The translations under genes and the position numbers were made by a program. Below, piece by piece: positions 61,428-64,000 of a stretch of 64,000 nucleotides of DNA; position 1 is the stretch's first letter; every line of letters begins with the position of its first letter. This DNA comes from Bugula neritina (Eukaryota > Animalia > Bryozoa): positions 8,425,408-8,489,407 of the forward strand of contig OZ037771.1 of the NCBI GenBank assembly GCA_964035545.1, read 5' to 3'. The notes below the pieces were generated by a model. It was given only the letters and a program-made list of their open reading frames with translations. It was not told the DNA's origin and did no database searches.

Positions 61428-64000
61428 ATGGGCTTAGAGTTTCAGTTTGTCAAACTCAAACTGAACATAGTTGCCATCGCAGTTTTTATAACTTGTACGA
61501 CTCTATGCAGCAGCACAGCTCAAGGTTTGTTTCATTTCAACTGCAATTTAAACTCATACTGATCGCTGAAAACTCTAGTTTTTAATTTTATTTACCTAAT
61601 TTGATATTATTATTAGTTGTTCATTTGTTATTTGTTTATTAATAATATTAATAATTATTATAAATTACCAATACAATTATAATAATATCAATAGTAATAA
61701 TATCAATAAAAATATTAAAAATTCATAACATCAAGTTAGTTGCAGTTAAACTTAATACTAATGGTTAGTGTTGTTAACTTTGAGAAGAGGTTTAACTGAA
61801 GTTTAAGATACTCAGTCTTAAACTACCCACTGCCAGTAACCAGTAAATGTAATTGTATATGTATCTGAGCTGGTAATAGTAATACTATTAGTATTACTAA
61901 CATTAACTCTATCAATAGGAATATGAATATCAGTCTAACTCAAGAGTAGGAGTTAAACTCTGAGCGACAGAATATAATTCAAGTATTTATAATTATAATC
62001 TAGTTTTACCATTTTATTTTATAGTAATACTAATACTTATAGTTATATTTATACTAATAGTGATACTAATAGTAATATGGTTAAATAGTTTACACAATTC
62101 ATTAGAGTTTAGACATTCACATTGGTACTACTACTAATACTACTAAATACGTTCAGTGGTTCACTGTTAATGTTAGTATTATTATTAGTTCATACCTGTA
62201 GGTACCAGCTACTAGTACTCATTTCTGATTAGTATCAATACATTATATTTATTATGTTTGTTAAATATTTAACTTTAATTGGTAAATTCACTAATAGTAA
62301 TTGTAATATTTTTTTATTTCAACTTCATTTTCAAGACTTCTAGTCTAGTATTGATGTTATTGAGTAATTGATATTGAATCGGGCAAGTCATAGTCTCATA
62401 CTAAAGATTGCTTTTCATGTTTGATTCATTTCACTGATTATTTCTGCACAGGTACTTGTGCGTGCAGGCATTATTTGTATGCATAGGATTTCACTATACA
62501 TTTTCAAAATGCCTAAACTTCTGAAATTGTTGGCAGCACTTATAAACACAATCTATTCAAAGAATATATATGTAACTTGTTAAGTAATTGAATAATTATT
62601 TTCTGGCTGACAGTTTATAATTCATAATTGTTTGTATATAAGCTAATGAGTAAATAAGTTACAGGCTTTTAAAATTAAATGCTTGTTTGACAGAAAATTA
62701 TCTTAACGTCCTTGGGAATGTAGTTTTATCATAACTTCTTAAAATTGATATTGAAAGGTTTTCATTATTATGTTGATTTTTTATGTTTCAGGGGAGAATG
62801 TAGCAATAGTTCACAAACCATCTTATATTAATATAGTTAACCAAGGTGGTAGCATTCCTCTTACAGATTTACAGCATATTTTGTTGTCTATTCATGGGTT
62901 TACACTTCACAAGGTTGGTGGCTCACTTAAAAGTATTAAGTGTGCATCTATGCATCTTAAGCCATGATTGTCAGATAAAACATGTAATATCTTTTGTCTT
63001 GAAAATCACTAAGTTATTTTTAAAGTTTTATAGGTAATTAATTGTATGACATGAACTTTTTATGATATATGTTTTTTATATATTGGTGAAAGTTTTGGGA
63101 AAAGAATTCATTATAAAAAAAGTTTTTTTTAGGAGTTGCAGTTCCAGGGTTTGTATGCCCTGTCACCATTCCAGCATCCAAAATCTAGTGTTGTAGTCTC
63201 ACTTTATGGGGGAGAAAAGTTTGTTAAACAGCTGAATTACATGAAGATAGGTTCAAAAGTGGTAAGAATAAAGTAAATGCTTTAATGTTTTGTTAGAGTG
63301 ATTTGGAATTATGGGTCTGTGTGAGTTATCAGTATTTTCTTTAATACTCACAAAATTAGCTAGCTATGGGAAATTTTGTTGTTGGATTGTTGCATTTCTT
63401 AGCGCCAGATTATAAGTTTCCTGTTTTATCCAGGATGATGTGCATGTGCCAACTCATGCCTTGAGACATCATTTACATCACTTGTATGGGGAGGAGAGCA
63501 ACAGCGTTGAGATTAACCATGATAGTAAAGTGAGTATATACAATATGTGTGCATTGCAGTGTTGGTCATGTTTTACAGGCATTTAATAAAGTTGATTGTT
63601 TACAATCGCTCTTGGCAACTTTATTTTTCTCATTGAATAGTAGCTTATATGAAGCTTTTTATTAAGTTAATAATATCACTTTTAACCCATGATAAACTGA
63701 TAATCGAAGTATAGTAACATAAAGTGTGTGTTGGTGGAAATACATTATAGATACTAAACAAGATATATGCTGTGTCCATAGTTCTTGGAAATCAATGAAA
63801 GCAAGCAAATTTATCTTTGAATAAAGAGCTAGTTATTACCAACAAAGTTTAGTTGATCAATTGTTGTTATAAATACTTGTTGTAATTGTTGCGGTATTGA
63901 CCTGTTGCCATGACGACTCATTGCCGTGGTGACTTGTCATCATGTGTGCTGTAGGTAAATGACTTTAGCGGTGCACTGGAGGGAATGAGTGATAGTCTGA
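61428..64000 (+). CDS. ATP6AP2: V-ATPase accessory protein 2 / (pro)renin receptor (3' end outside window)
   Basis: Exons 61428-61524 (signal-peptide-like IVAIAVFITCTTLCSSTAQG), 62792-62913 (GENVAIVHKPSYI..IPLTDLQHILLSIHGFTLHK), 63133-63261 (LQFQGLYALSPFQHPKSSVVVSLYG), 63434-63529, 63955-64000. Pattern resembles the ATP6AP2 N-terminus as recalled (SMGFSV..LSWPGL..NLFHRPRATVMV). Confidence 0.75.

Overview
AT-rich, intron-rich animal genomic DNA, probably from an invertebrate (lophotrochozoan is a guess). Reading splice sites by eye gives five multi-exon genes: (1) a SHIP2/INPPL1-like inositol 5-phosphatase (+, 5'-truncated; SH2, 5-phosphatase, C2-like region, Tyr/Pro-rich tail, SAM); (2) mitochondrial cysteinyl-tRNA synthetase CARS2 (-); (3) a KLF5-like zinc-finger factor (+); (4) the splicing factor U2SURP/SR140 (-); (5) ATP6AP2/(pro)renin receptor (+, 3'-truncated). 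Most long ORFs in the track are translated intronic minisatellites. Mobile remnants are two tRNA-Thr-derived SINEs, an RTE-like fragment, a CR1/L2-like fragment and a TA-flanked MITE. Main observations: (a) a pair of paralogous 22-codon hydrophobic smORF segments at 19.0-19.35 kb with many synonymous differences, downstream of a DRE motif, which could be micropeptides or alternative tail-anchor exons; (b) a 17-copy 39-bp repeat in CARS2 that multiplies a 3' splice site in frame with no stop codon; (c) several other tandem repeats seeded on splice sites; (d) departures from conserved CysRS motifs in CARS2. All gene models are manual and lack transcript support.
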